64,000 nucleotides of DNA from Spirogloea muscicola (taxonomy: Eukaryota), in the NCBI GenBank assembly GCA_009602725.1, contig WELB01000012.1, forward strand, positions 946,941 to 1,010,940, given 5' to 3'. The notes beneath the pieces are model-generated. The model had not been told where the DNA came from. It saw only the letters and a program-made list of their open reading frames with translations, and ran no database searches. The stretch's first letter is position 1. The number at the start of each line of letters is the position of its first letter. Positions 1-11,529 of the stretch are shown here, one piece after another. Position numbers and translations under genes: made by a program.

Positions 1-1095
1 GGATCCAGCCAGCGGCTGCCGAAAGCCCCGTGTACATCCATCGCCAGGGCCGCGAATTCATCCCCCACCGGGTGATCAGCGTATTTCGCTCCTTGCCGCG
101 GGCCGCCTGGCCGACCGCGTGCCCTGCAAACGACGCCGATCTGGTGGGGTTGGCGGAGTCGATGCAGTCTGTTGTCACCACATCAGCGATGATGCGGGGA
201 CCGCCGCCGGGAGGGATGGCGACCAGGTCAGCGCGTCGCGTATGGGGCTGGCCGTCCGCGCCCAGCTGAATGGGCATGATTGAGGAGTTCTCTACCGCAA
301 CCTTGAAGCCCGCCTCCGAAAACACCCCCTGCATACCGTCGCGCAGGAGGTCATGGGAAGCGGTCCGCTCCCCCCCGTGGGCGCAACGGAGCATGTGGGC
401 GGCCAGCTCCGCAGGATCATCGTGTCGGGCACCGCACTCGCATTGAGGGACGCCCACGAGGCAGGGGGGAAGGAGGCCCAAGAGCCGGTGGACCGCCGTC
501 CGGAAGACCTCGTCAGGCATTGTGAGCGCCGCGTGGAGTGGAAGCGCCGATAGCCACGCCGCCGCCCCAGGGGAGGAGGCTGAGAGCAGCCGGGCGCGCC
601 CTCGCAGGTCAGCCGGGGGGAGAAGCTCCACCACCTGGTCGGAGGGCCAAGCTCCGCAGGATCATCGTGTCGGGCACCGCACTCGCATTGAGGGACGCCC
701 ACGAGGCAGGGGGGGAGAAGGCCCAAGAGCCGGTGGACCGCCGTCCGGAAGACCTCGTCAGGCATAGTGAGCGCCGCGTGAAGTGGAAGCGCAGATAGCC
801 ACGCCGCCGCCCCAGGGGAGGAGGCTGAGAGCAGCCGGGCGCGCCCTCGCAGGTCAGCCGGAGGGAGAAGCTCCACCACGTGGTCGGAGGCCGCTTGTTC
901 AACCAACGCCGAGAAGCGTGCCTGGGCACGCTGGTCTGGGGTGTGGGCGAGGTGGGTGAAAGGAACAGCCTGTTCCGACATGCAGGGGTGGACCGCCAGG
1001 AGCCCGTCGCGGGCAGAGCGGAGGGCAACCTGAAAAGGCAGCTGACCGATCTCCACCTCAGCTGCCACCCGCTCCAGGACGCGCTGGCCGTCCAC
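1..1095 (-). mobile_element. RLE-type (CRE-like) non-LTR retrotransposon, 3' part of ORF (post-RT region, CCHC zinc finger, endonuclease); frameshifted, runs off window start
   Basis: Minus-strand translation: ARLLSASSPGAAAWLSALP...FRTAVHRLLG, CECGARHDDPAELAAHMLRCAHGGERTASHD (CCHC), then RRADLVAIPPGGGPRIIADVVTTD and KERKYADHP (RLE catalytic motifs). Confidence 0.85.
401..890. repeat. Tandem duplication of about 245 bp inside the retroelement ORF
   Basis: agctccgcaggatcatcgtgtcgggcacc... begins at 405 and again at 650; near-identical copies. Confidence 0.95.
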
Positions 1096-1584
1096 GAGGA
1101 ACCTCTGGCTGGTTGGAAAGAAGAATGCGGCTGCTGATATGAAACGAGCGTTGTTGAAAGGAAGTGGATAGTCGCATGCGGAACACCTAGGCGGCTACTT
1201 GGCGGCTTTGAACCCGGGCAAGCTTTTCACTTTGAGGAGCAAGCGCGGCCAGATTAACTGGTGGCTGGGAGAAGGGACTTTGCTGTCTTTGCCGACGATC
1301 GATGGGCCGCCAGCCGTAAAGGTGTCACTCGACAAAAATCAAAAGCAGAATTGCATAGGTTTGCTTGGGGTAAAAATAAGTGCGACTACAAAGCAGCCAC
1401 GGGTTAGGGAACAGGACGAAGTCGAGGTACAACCGTTCTGTGCTCTTCGGCATCTTCAGAGACCCGATGGTCAAGTTCATGATCACCGTTGTCAACATTG
1501 GGTTCATCAAAGCGGAGCTCAAGGTGTAAAGAAGAACGCGCCTCGCTAGCCCTGGTACTGCGGCCATTTCGAGCCCTTGGGCAT

Positions 1585-1633
1585 TTTGGGCTGGCTTTGC
1601 TAGCCCCCCTTCTCTCAGGGCGAGCACTTTCTT
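1585..1633 (+). mobile_element. Retroelement 3'-terminal micro-fragment
   Basis: tttgggctggctttgctagccc...gggcgagcactttctt, flanked by cttgggcat at 1576-1584 and 1634-1642. Confidence 0.65.
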
Positions 1634-1983
1634 CTTGGGCATCGCCTCCATGTTCTCCAGGACAAAGGGTAGCTGCTGATGCTTGGGCACCTCAAATATC
1701 TGAATTAGCTCCATCCAGCCCTGGCAGTAAGTCGTGACCTCCAATCATGTCTAGGATGTAAAGGTGATCTGGCCTTTGATCAGGTCGATGCAACCATTAG
1801 GCCGGGAAGCTTGACTTTATGAAGATAAAGTAGAAGCTTATCCATGAAAGAAGCACTTTGTAAGGGGAATGATGTGTGATTGGATCTATTGGAAGGGCAA
1901 TGGAAGAGCTGCAGCTCTTTCAATGGGTCGAGGGCTGCTGAGCGCCAACCTATGAAACTCTGACAAGGATAACTGTATCTGGC

Positions 1984-2125
1984 CTCTTCAAACTTTGTTC
2001 ATCTTTTTTCTGGGCTGGCCTCTCACAGCCACCACCCTCTCCTGGAAGCGTCCTTTCTTCTTATCAAAGAGGCGCCATCCGGCGCTTCCAGACCTTGTAC
2101 ATTCTTTTGGGCAAAGAGCTGTTTT
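1984..2125 (+). mobile_element. Retroelement 3' UTR fragments
   Basis: Contains the shared motifs gggctggcctctcacagcc and ccagaccttgtacattcttttggg. Confidence 0.6.
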
Positions 2126-2216
2126 CCTATCGAAGATGAAGCAGCCCTGCCATAGGGGCCAGTACTTGGCGGGAGTGGCCAAGCGCACAGAGGCAAGCAC
2201 GTCCATAAATATACGC

Positions 2217-3065
2217 CACCTGCTGCTGAGCAGACCCACTGTAGGTACTGGTCAGTAAGTGGAGGTCGCTAGTCGATTGTTGAGTTACGGACGCCAAACT
2301 CCACGTCCGTTTGCCCCCACCAACTAAAGCTCGTCCAGCTTTCTGGTGCACCGCATGAGCCTGGCCTAGCTGCAAACAGGCTGACGCAAAATGACGCAAG
2401 AACCACAAACGTGCTGCTGGCAAGCCCATATCAGCCAGAAGCACATCCTCATGTCGTTGAAAAATTTTCGAGCAATCTGTTGATTGTGAACAGCAGATCA
2501 CCCGCGGGAAGACGAGTTCTTCCCGCTCGCCATCGATACGCACGGGGCGCTGGGCGCTCGGTGGCTCGAGCTGCTCAACCAGCTCTCTCGTCACGCCATT
2601 GCCCGCCGCTTCCATGGGGAGCCGGTGGACTCCCATGCAGCACGGTCGCTAGCGCAGGTGTACCGCATGCGCTTGGCCGTCTCGCTGCAGAGGTCTATGG
2701 CCCGCGCGCTGCACCTGCGTGCAGACAGAGCCCTCGCTGCTGCCTCTGGCTCTGGCCAGGGGACCCGCTTCCAGGAACCCAGTCTCTCTGACCTGAGGCT
2801 GCTTAGCAGGGGTTACTGAGTGCTTCGTAGCTGCTTCGTTTCTTTTCTGTGCTTGTTGTTCTTTGTACTTCCCCTGGCCCCTTTTCGTCCTTTGTTCATT
2901 CTTTTCTGGGCTGGCTTTTTCCAGCCCCTTATCCCCGATGGGTGAGCCCTTCTTCTGTGAACAGCCAGCCCTCTGTAGAGTGAACAAGGTCCAGCAAAGC
3001 TGGAAAGACCAGTGTGTGAGCCAGGTGGAGACAAGGTTTTTGTGAAGCCTCAACATGGAAAGCAC
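2217..3065 (-). mobile_element. CRE-like subfamily B C-terminal fragment, interrupted by a subfamily A insertion
   Basis: DVLLADMGLPAARLWFLRHFASACLQLGQAHAVHQKAGRAL...SDLHLLT matches 13433-13646. The frame continues across the insertion (LQRAGCSQ/STDCSK). Confidence 0.7.
2495..2955 (+). mobile_element. 5'-truncated CRE-like subfamily A copy with 10-bp target-site duplication
   Basis: DHPREDEFFPLAIDTHGALG...RLAVSLQRSMARALHLRA...LSRGY* (stop ends 2819), then 3' UTR. TSD tgtgaacagc at 2485-2494 and 2956-2965. Confidence 0.9.
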
Positions 3066-3229
3066 AACCGACTCAGAAAGAGGAGCACTTACAACGCATA
3101 AGAGCTTATATTAGAAGAGGGCGATGGCCGTGGAAGTCCAGCCAAAAGAGAAGAGGTCTGAAGGTGCCAGAACGCAGAAAACCTTACATGTACGCAAGTG
3201 GCTACAAAAAGCAGGTGCTTATAATATCG

Positions 3230-3545
3230 TCGGGTGTGGTTCAGTGCGAGTGCGGAGCTACACAACGCCGACGCTGCGGAGTTGCCTGCGGACATGCTTC
3301 GCTGTGCATGCAGGGAAGAGCGGACCTGATCTCACGACCTCCTGCGAGACGGCATGTTCGGCGTGTTTGGGAGAGCCACTTTCTTGGAGACCGACTACAC
3401 CGTGGCCACGAATTACACGTCCGTCGTGCCTATTTAGCTGGGGCTGACGGTCCTATCCACGCTGACCCCGTCGCCATCACACTCGGAGGGACTCCCGCGC
3501 GCTGTGGGGAAGGGGTCTCCGCACCTCGCGGACGTCGTTGTCAAT
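3230..3545 (+). mobile_element. Degenerate retroelement zinc-finger/endonuclease fragment
   Basis: QCECGA...MLRCAC...SHDLLRD...ADVV, homologous to the element at 1-1095 and to 8744-8870; contains stops and frameshifts. Confidence 0.7.
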
Positions 3546-3547
3546 CG

Positions 3548-3579
<32 letters not shown>

Positions 3580-3581
<2 letters not shown>

Positions 3582-5463
3582 AGCCCGAGCCGCCGCCGGT
3601 CACCGAGGCCAAGCCGGCTGCCGTCGCCAGAATGGGCGGCGATGGCGACCGAGACGAGGCATCAGCCACCAGCATGGACATGCTCAGCGCACCGGCATTC
3701 GCCACAGCGGACCCGTTGATGGGGGCTGGCACCACTGCCGTCGTCGGGAGCCCGCGCGGCAACGACGATAGCCGTGGCGGCGGGAACCAAGGGCTCCTCA
3801 CCGCCAAGCGCCCGCCATTGCTGCAGCCCGAAGCACCGCAGATGCTGGCGGAGCTGCAGCGCCGGCAGCACGAGCAGCGCCAGCGGCTTCAGCCCCTTGA
3901 GGTACGAAAGCCAGGCGTGACGACGCATGCAGACCATCACAGGATTTGGCCAGCTTCGCCATGCTTGGCTGGCCAGGCATTTGCCCGTGCTGAGGTTGGG
4001 CCGCTGACCAGCGTCAGGGCTGTCCATCGTCTTGTGGCTTGCCGCAGCTGCTGCAGATGAAGCTCTTTGTGCAGAAGGCGGTGCAGCTGCAGGCTGAGGT
4101 GCACTGCAAGCACCTGCAGTACATGATCGATCAGCATCAGTTGCGTGTGACCGGTTCGACGCTCGCCTCCGGCAGAGCTGCTGGCGGCCGCAACTCTCCA
4201 ATGGAGGGGAGCGAGAAGCAGGCAGACCTGCTGGATGGCCGTGGCAGAAGCAGCGGCGACGCCAGCAGCGCTGGCGACGGCGTCAAGAGCAGGGAGACAA
4301 GCACTGTGGAAATGGAACCACCTGGGGCCGCCGACACTGCTGCCAAAGCGAGCTCCTGTAGCGGCGGCGGCGGCACTGGTGGCCATGGAGGCGGGCGCTA
4401 CGGGGTGGCCACTGGAAGAGGTTCACCAATACTGCAGCCACTTTCCTCGGAGCTGAGCCAGGTGATGGAGCGGCTGGCGCTTGCGTATGGGGACTCGTGG
4501 AGCTTCCGGGTGGTGCGTGAAGTTGTGAAGCCCCGTGCGGCAGCGGTGCTCGCAGAGATCACTGTCGGTGCCGCAACCCGCCAGCAGTGGGGAGTTGCTG
4601 AAGCTGCGGCAGTGGCGGCAGGAGAAGGCTGCCACGACATCGGCGTCGTGCTGCTCCCGGCCGCAACAGCACAAGCCCTCGCAAATGCCACGCTGCTGTT
4701 CCTCCCCTCTGCCGGGTTGCCGGCGGTTGAGGCTGTGCACCAGCCAGCTGCCGCTCCTCCCGGCACCGCAGTGCAGATAATAGCGGCGGTGGAGGCGTTG
4801 GCGCCATTTAAGGCGGCGGCCGCGGCAAGCGCGGCAGCGGCGGTAGCCAAGCAGGACGGCGAAGAGCAAGCTTCGCGGACCTGCGTGGCTCCTTCCAGTA
4901 TGACAGACCCTTGTTCTTCGCCGACCGTCGTCGTCCATGGTGTCAACAGCATGGCACAGCTCAATACTCCAAGTGCCGGTCTCATTCCTCGTGACGCAAC
5001 TGATGGGGCGGCAACGCACCTGGAGCATGCGACATCGCTGCCAACGGCGGTGGCCAAGACGAGCTCTGGCGGCCAGCTTGCGCGCAGCGTTAGCCTGAGG
5101 TCGTCAGCAGCGGAAGCTCAAGCACAGGGGTCCATGCCCGCCTCAGCAGCAGACCCCTTGCTGGACACTCCGACGGTGGCAGCTGGGCTGCCCTTGCAAC
5201 CTCCACTGCCACCAGGAAGCTCAAGCTCCGGAGGGTCCTCTGTGTTTGTCCCAGCGCCGTGCCTGTCGCCATCATCTCCGTCAGTCCAGAATCCCCAGCT
5301 CGTCTGCAAGCTGCCGAGCGATATGTCTCTCCTGCATTCTGATCCTCTCGCATGGTCAAGGCATGCTCCCAACACCAACACTGGGAGCAAGTTATCATCT
5401 AGCAGCTCATTGACCACGGCACAGTCCCCTGCTTCAGGTCCTTCCAGTACATGTGGACTGAAG
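3580..5463 (+). CDS. Partial gene, Ala/Ser/Pro-rich protein with a coiled coil weakly resembling the MYB-CC (LHEQLE) motif
   Basis: Exons about 3580-3901 and 4048-5463 with GT-AG boundaries; ELQRRQHEQ...LQMKLFVQKAVQLQAEVHCKHLQYMIDQ. The 5' end abuts a (GCC)n tract; downstream exons are uncertain. Confidence 0.45.
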
Positions 5464-7317
5464 GTAAGTCACCCCTCTTTCGTTGCCCTCTGGATGTTGT
5501 CATGGTTTTGAATCTATTCTAGCAAGCTTTGGCATGTCAGCGTTTCTCAGTGATATCATTGTTAAGTTCAGCCTTAGTTGTACAGAAGCGGCAGTCCTGT
5601 ATGTTTCTAGATGTATCTTGCCTACGCCAAAGAGTCAAGATTGGGAAGCAACATTGACTGGCCACATAGGTGAAATTTGAGACTTGGATGATGAGGGCTT
5701 TGTATGTGACTTTGAGAGCTTGAGCAGGTTTTGGTCGTTAGCAACGGACCTGACAATGTCAGGGATGTCTTGGATGCACTGGACAAGTACTGTCTTGTCG
5801 CACCTCAACTTTGCATTGCACAGTGAGGACTAAGCTGGATACATTGTATCCAGCTTTACACTTCAGCTTCTTCGGAGATACCTGGCCGCTGCAATGTGGT
5901 GTCAGGCTGCAACATGTTCGACTTGCAATTCTGAAAAGCGCAGTGAAATCTTCTTGTATTTTGATTCCATCCCTTTCCATCCCATGTCATTCCATTGTTT
6001 TGGTAACTACTTCAGATACATGTAACAAATACATTTTCTTATTGACGACTGACATGTATTCGGCTATACTTCGGTGACAGAGTTGAGTATAAGGTGGTGG
6101 CATGGGCAGACGTGATCTCCAGGATTGTTGTGGGAGAGAAGATTGACGCCCTTCTTCTTGATGAAAGGTGGAGTGATGATGAACTGACCGTAGATTCATC
6201 TCTGCTATGCCTTATGCTGTCCATATCACCTGGGCCGCGTGTGAAGCTAGTGCAATGATCATGTGACTCATTGGCAATGTCAGCAACATCAATATTCAAA
6301 AGCTTCTGCACAACATAGTAACTGTCTGCCTGCATCCTCATGTGAAGGTATAAAGTCACGAATGGCTTCTACACGTGCCAGCTGTTTCGACAATTTGAAG
6401 TGGATCACAATCTCCCACAAATGCCCATCATTGGCATCTCCGCAAAAGTGAAGCGTGCAGACCTGGTAATATGGCTGTTTCAGCACCACAGGGCCCATTT
6501 GTTTGGTTGGTGTCAGCATCTCCGTGAGCATGAGTTGTGGCGCCAAGACAGCTTATGACTCCACAAGCTTGTTAGACTTCGGCACAACAAGGCCCTGCAA
6601 GCGGACTTCCATGCTGGATAATCATGCTGACATCTGCGCTGTCACTTGCAGGAAAAGTACGCTAAGTCAGATTATTCAGCTATCTGGGGAAATCCAATCA
6701 ATGAGCGCACAGCTGGCAAGTGGATTTGCAACTTCCTGACAAAATACAAACCGCCCTCAAGTAAGAGACGAGCTCAACTGAAGCGAGGAGACATTGCAGA
6801 GGTCAAGACCACGTTCAACGGCTTTATGGCGTTTGTGTAGCAAGGCAAGATACTGCTTAGCTGTTAGCCATCTTCACTCCTACAAAACACAATTCAAGAA
6901 GCTCAGGTGTGTCTTTTGCTGTGTAATATATAATAGATGGAGAAATGAGGCACGTCTTTCAGTGTCTCCTTGCACCCTTAGTAATAGCATAAACGAGCAA
7001 CACTGACGCAATAGGGCTGGCGCTTTGTACGCCCCTCATGTGTTCTGTGCACTGTACAAAGGACACGCTCTGACCATTGTCGTGCCACACAGTGTCGACT
7101 GCCAGGTAACGTCAATAGGACAGATATGTAGATAATTTGTGACACAAGAGTCGACGTGGCCGGAAACGCAACCAATTGTGAATGAAAGTGAAAAGCGAGG
7201 ATTTTCGGCATTCCTTCGTTTGAAATAAGGAATATGTACGAGTCGATAGCCTAGTAATGGCATCTTAAGATAACTCGAGCTTGTGATGGATGACTTTAGA
7301 TACTGTTCATGTCTGCC

Positions 7318-7629
7318 TTTGCCACGGGCGGGGGAAACATTGCCGCACTCTCGCTAGGCGCAAACTACCCGACACTCGCCTTTCCTGCCCCACACATTTG
7401 TCAACTGCAAGAAGAACGTCATTGCTGTTGTGTTGGGTCTGAAGAATTACTCCTTCCCCATTGCAGACAAGGTCAATGAGATCCTTGCGGATCCTTCAGA
7501 ATTCATGGTTGCAGCGGCGCCGGAGGCCACCATTGAGGCTGCGCCAGCGGCTGAGGAGGAGGCAAAGGAGGAGGAGGAGGAGGAGGAGTAGGAGTCGGAT
7601 GATGACTTGGGCTTCAGACGCTTGACTAG
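7318..7629 (+). pseudogene. RPLP0: 60S acidic ribosomal protein P0 (uL10) 3' fragment, pseudogene
   Basis: [15 protein letters not shown] / [15 protein letters not shown]...[14 protein letters not shown]...EEEE*ESDDDLGF. Frameshift near 7381, TAG at 7589-7591, degraded terminal SLFD. Confidence 0.9.
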
Positions 7630-7689
7630 GCAAGCAGGTCTCTCTTGAGCGTGCTTTCCCGCCTGATTTCACATAGTCACAAGCACTTA

Positions 7690-7940
7690 ATGTCAATGGC
7701 ACACGCGTTGGGATTGCGTGCTGGCCCCTTTGGTCAGCCTCTGGCATAGACAGGGGACCCGCTACCCGGAGACTAGTTTCTCTGACCTGCGGCTGCTTAA
7801 CAGGGTAGATTGAGCACCCAGTGGCCACTTGAGCCGTTGTGTGCTTTAGCACTTTTCTGGGCCCTACAAACTGTGTTCATTATGTTTTCTGGGCTGGCCG
7901 ATCACAGTGATTCGCCCTCTGCTGGAAGAGTCTTTCTACT
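7690..7940 (+). mobile_element. Degenerate retroelement C-terminus and 3' UTR
   Basis: tctctgacctgcggctgcttaacagggt resembles 2786-2819; ctgggctggccgatcacag and ctggaagagtctttct match 12720-12760 in reverse complement. Confidence 0.65.
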
Positions 7941-7999
7941 TGAGATCTGCTTTACGTAGCCCACGTAAGGTCGAACGTCGGGCTTCGACGACAGGATGG

Positions 8000-8560
8000 A
8001 CGTGAACCAAACGGTGGTATCAATACGCCGACCACCCCGTGGGTAATGAGTTCCCGCTCGCCGTCAATGTACACGGGGCTTCTGGGACTGGATGGCTTGA
8101 CCTTCTCCAGCGCCTTGCGCGGCGTGCAGTGGCCCGCCGCCAAGGCCAGCAGAGCGAGCAGCCTGGCTTTGATGCCGCCGGGTCCCTTGCTCAAGTCTTT
8201 CGGATACGATTGGCCATTTCCCTGCAGCGGTCCCTGGCCTTCGCTGTTCACTTGCGTGCAGGCCTCGCCATGGCTGCGGCCTCCGGCTTCCGTCAGGGCG
8301 ACGTGTATCCCAAAAAGAATGAACAAAGTCCGCAAGGGGCCAGTGGAAGCGCTAGAAAGAAACCAACCCCAAGAAGAAACTAAGCAGCTACGAAGCAGCT
8401 ACGGGCGACGTCTATCCGCCTGCTAGCCATTCCGATTTGCATATACTGACTAGAGTTTACTGAGAGCCCCCTTGCTGCCGTCTTAGCTCTTAGTACCTTG
8501 CTTTCTGCGCCATTCGGCTCCTTCAGACCTCGTCCATTCCCTTGGGCTGGCCTCTGACAG
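8000..8560 (+). mobile_element. CRE-like subfamily A 3' fragment carrying an antisense 92-bp insert
   Basis: YADHPVGNEFPLAVNVHGASG...RLAISLQRSLAFAVHLRAG...; closely similar to 11530-11990. Confidence 0.85.
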
Positions 8561-8569
8561 CGACCATTC

Positions 8570-8945
8570 AATATGGAAGCGCTGTTCAATAGTGTGGCCC
8601 AAGCTGCCCCCCCGACTTCGACGACGCGCGTCAACCAGTCGGGCCAGATGCTGGATGCGGGAGGACCACTTTCACGCCATGGCCACCGTAGTTATCCATA
8701 ACGCACGGATAACGTGGTCCCCTCGAGGGTGGTCTTTGTACTACAGAGAAGAGCGGACCTGATCTCACGACTCTCCTGCGAATCAGCATTTTCGGTGTGC
8801 CTTGCAGGCTGGCTACACCGTGGCCGTGAAACACGTCTGTCATGCACGTTCAGAGGTTACTTGCTTATTGCGCCACCCGGGCTCCTTCAGACCTTGTCCT
8901 TTGGGCTGGCCTCTCACAGCCACCAGTCAGTTTGGAAGCGCTGTT
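8570..8945. mobile_element. Adjacent fragments: subfamily C (minus, about 8570-8735) and zinc-finger plus 3' UTR piece (plus, about 8744-8945)
   Basis: QHLARLVDARRRSRGG matches the ORF at 14071-14499; gaagagcggacctgatctcacga matches 3315-3340. Confidence 0.7.
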
Positions 8946-9589
8946 GCTGTTTTCTTTTGTACAGTTTTGAGCTCTGCCATCTGTGCTGGTGTGCAAAGAC
9001 GAAGCGCACAGGGAATTGATGCAAGCCGCAGCCGCCGCCGTCACGCCTTGCGGGGATTTGCTGCAGCTCCGGTGCCACCGCCGCTGCCGCTGCTGCCGCT
9101 GTGGCTGCTGCTGGCAACCTCACTACGCGACCTCCGTACTGCCGCGCTTGCAGTGCGCTCTGCTGGGCCGGCGGGGATCGGTGGCGTACGCCCTAGTGAG
9201 TGCAAGGAAGCAAGCCCCTCCAGCCCCCTCAAACCCTGACCCCGGCGGCACGCCCTAGCGCTGCCAGCCTGGATCTCATGGGTCGGCGCCAACCCAACGG
9301 TGGAGATCCAACCAATCCACCAACCGCTGAGACTACCGGACACCCTAGCTCAGGGATAAACCCTAAGCTCCTCATAGAATCTCCACCAACTTCTTGCTGT
9401 TTGTGAGAGAGAGCGACTTAGATGTAGAGCGAAGGATGTTCAAGGACGTGAGACTTGGGCACCATTGTGCAAAGGACAGGAACTGTCGCTCCCCCATGTG
9501 CCCTTCACTTGGGAGGAGCGAGAGCTGCCTGGTTGGTCTTGAGCTTGAAGTTCGTGTGCGTGATGCGGATACAGATACAGATGATTGAC

Positions 9590-10067
9590 CTTTGGCTTCA
9601 GATTCTACAGTAGCTCCTGACATTTTGGATGCATGGAACAGCCTTAAGCTTGACTCTCTCAGGAGTCTCTCCTGCGAGCACATGCACGCCCACAACTTGG
9701 TCAGCCTAGGGATTACAGTCCCCCTTACTAAAGACTTCCAACACCTGCTGCTTAGAGTTGTTTCTCTCGCCTTGGCAGCTTTCCAAATATTTTCCTGGTT
9801 CGCCTGAGCTTTTGGACATTTATTATGTCCATCGTGATGGCAACCACGACTCATAATGTCAATATCTGCTTTTCCTGTCATGGAAGACAAATTCGTGACT
9901 TGGCTGTAATAGCAAAGACGTCCCCGCATTTGCGAGAAGTGCACTTGAGAGCCTGCATGACTGTACGGATGGAGTCAGTTCTTGACCTTCTCTTTTCGTG
10001 CCCGAATTTAACTACATCAGATTCTGGGAATGCTCTGTGGCTGCTTCAAAGTCGACGGCTTGCTTAG
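9590..10067 (+). pseudogene. Possible degraded LRR (RNI/F-box type) gene remnant
   Basis: LAVIAKTSPHLREVHLRAC...VLDLLFSCPNLT has LRR-like spacing; interrupted by stops. Confidence 0.3.
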
Positions 10068-10695
10068 CAAACGAGTGGCACGTTCTCCGAGGGCATGTAT
10101 GTGAAGTAGTGCACTTAGAAATTGTAGATGGAGACTGGGGACTCGATTTGGGGTGATTGTGACCCAGATCGGTTTGACACGGTCTATATTACATATATGG
10201 ACAATGCTTCAGCCACTCTCATTGAGATGGAAGTGAGGCTCAAGGAAAGGTGCTGGTTTATTTTGATGTGGGGTGCATGGAAGTAGCAATACTTGCATCG
10301 AGTAGATGCCACCTTGTGCTGGTCATGGCATGCAGATGGGCTCTCCTAGAAGCAGTGTTAGGTCCAAGGACCTTAATGCAGATCCTGGCAGCCATCTAAC
10401 AGAGTGAGGCAATTGCAGGCTAGCATGATTGCACGAAGGTTCTGTACTGCAAGTACACAGATACCTCTCGATACGAAGCATAATGTCGCCTGAGAGCGGG
10501 TGAGCCCAAACGATGTGAATAGCTGGCAAAATGGCGGAGAAACATCTCTTCGTGGAGCTCCTGCACGAGGTTCGAGCCATGATCGGCTGCATAATTTCAA
10601 GGGCCCATTGGCAACATAGGGCGGAGAGGAAGTGGGCTCCTGTATGAAGAACTGGCTGTAGGAGCAGGCCAAGGGCGACGGCGTTCACAATCCCA

Positions 10696-10890
10696 ACCCT
10701 CAAAAGCTCCTTCATCGCTGTCCATCGTTGGCCAGCTTCGCGATCGCAAGGGAACTACGCATGCAGCGGGAAGCACGCGCCGGTGTATCGGTGCAACCAA
10801 TCAGGACGGTGGCCAGCTTGCCAGCTGCCAGCCCGCTTGGCGGCTAGCTTGCTTGTCTTCACTTGAGCTGGCCACCCTTTCATTTCATGC
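10696..10890 (+). repeat. Diverged repeat of about 190 bp, second copy at about 12247-12440
   Basis: Shared aaccctcaaaa...gaactacgcatgcagc...aggacggtggccagcttgccagctgccagc...tggccaccctt. Confidence 0.85.
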
Positions 10891-11139
10891 GCACGGCGCG
10901 CCTTCTCTCTCTCTTTGGACTGACCTCTCGCAGCTATTGGAGCAAGCGCGGCCAGATTAATTGGTGGCTGGGAGAGGCCAGCCCAAAAGAATGGACAAGG
11001 TCTGAAGGAGTCGGAGTGCTAAGGACTGAGACAGCAGTAAGCGAACTCTCAGCTATTGCCTTCCACTGGTAGAGTTGCTTTTCTTTGCCAGCTTGCATCC
11101 ACATTTCTGAGTCGAACGAATGAAAGTAAACCAGCAGCA

Positions 11140-11500
11140 AGCCATTTGCGCCAAAGGCTCCGTGTACGTCGACGGCGAGTGGAGACAAACTCGTTTCCCA
11201 CCGGGTGATCCGAATATTTCCGTTCTTTGGCGCCTGCCGCTTTGGCGGACTGCGTAGCCCGCCTCCTCCGACGAGAGTTTGGCGCTCCTGGAATCAAAAG
11301 AGTCAGTCGTGACAACGTCGGCAATGAGCCGAGGCCCCCCGCCGAGGGCGATGGCGACGAGATCGGCGCGCCGGGTGTGGAGGCGGCCATCCGCCCCAGC
11401 GGTCGGAGGCATGATGCTGGTATTCTCGAGCGCCACAGACCTCCACGAATATGCCAAACATGGTATTGCGTTGCTAGTCGTGGGTTTCGGTCCGCTCGCC
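11140..11500 (-). mobile_element. Retroelement endonuclease fragment
   Basis: VALENTSIMPP...HTRRADLVAIALGGGPRLIADVVTTD...KERKYSDHPVGNEF, homologous to 1-300. Confidence 0.85.
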
Positions 11501-11529
11501 TCCCCGTGGGCACCCCCGTGCGCTTCCTT

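Noticed and set aside
5580..6840. Possible further exons (e.g. 6652-6840 EKYAKSDYSAIWG...)
   Set aside because: Splice-like sites exist, but I found no recognisable homology or consistent model.
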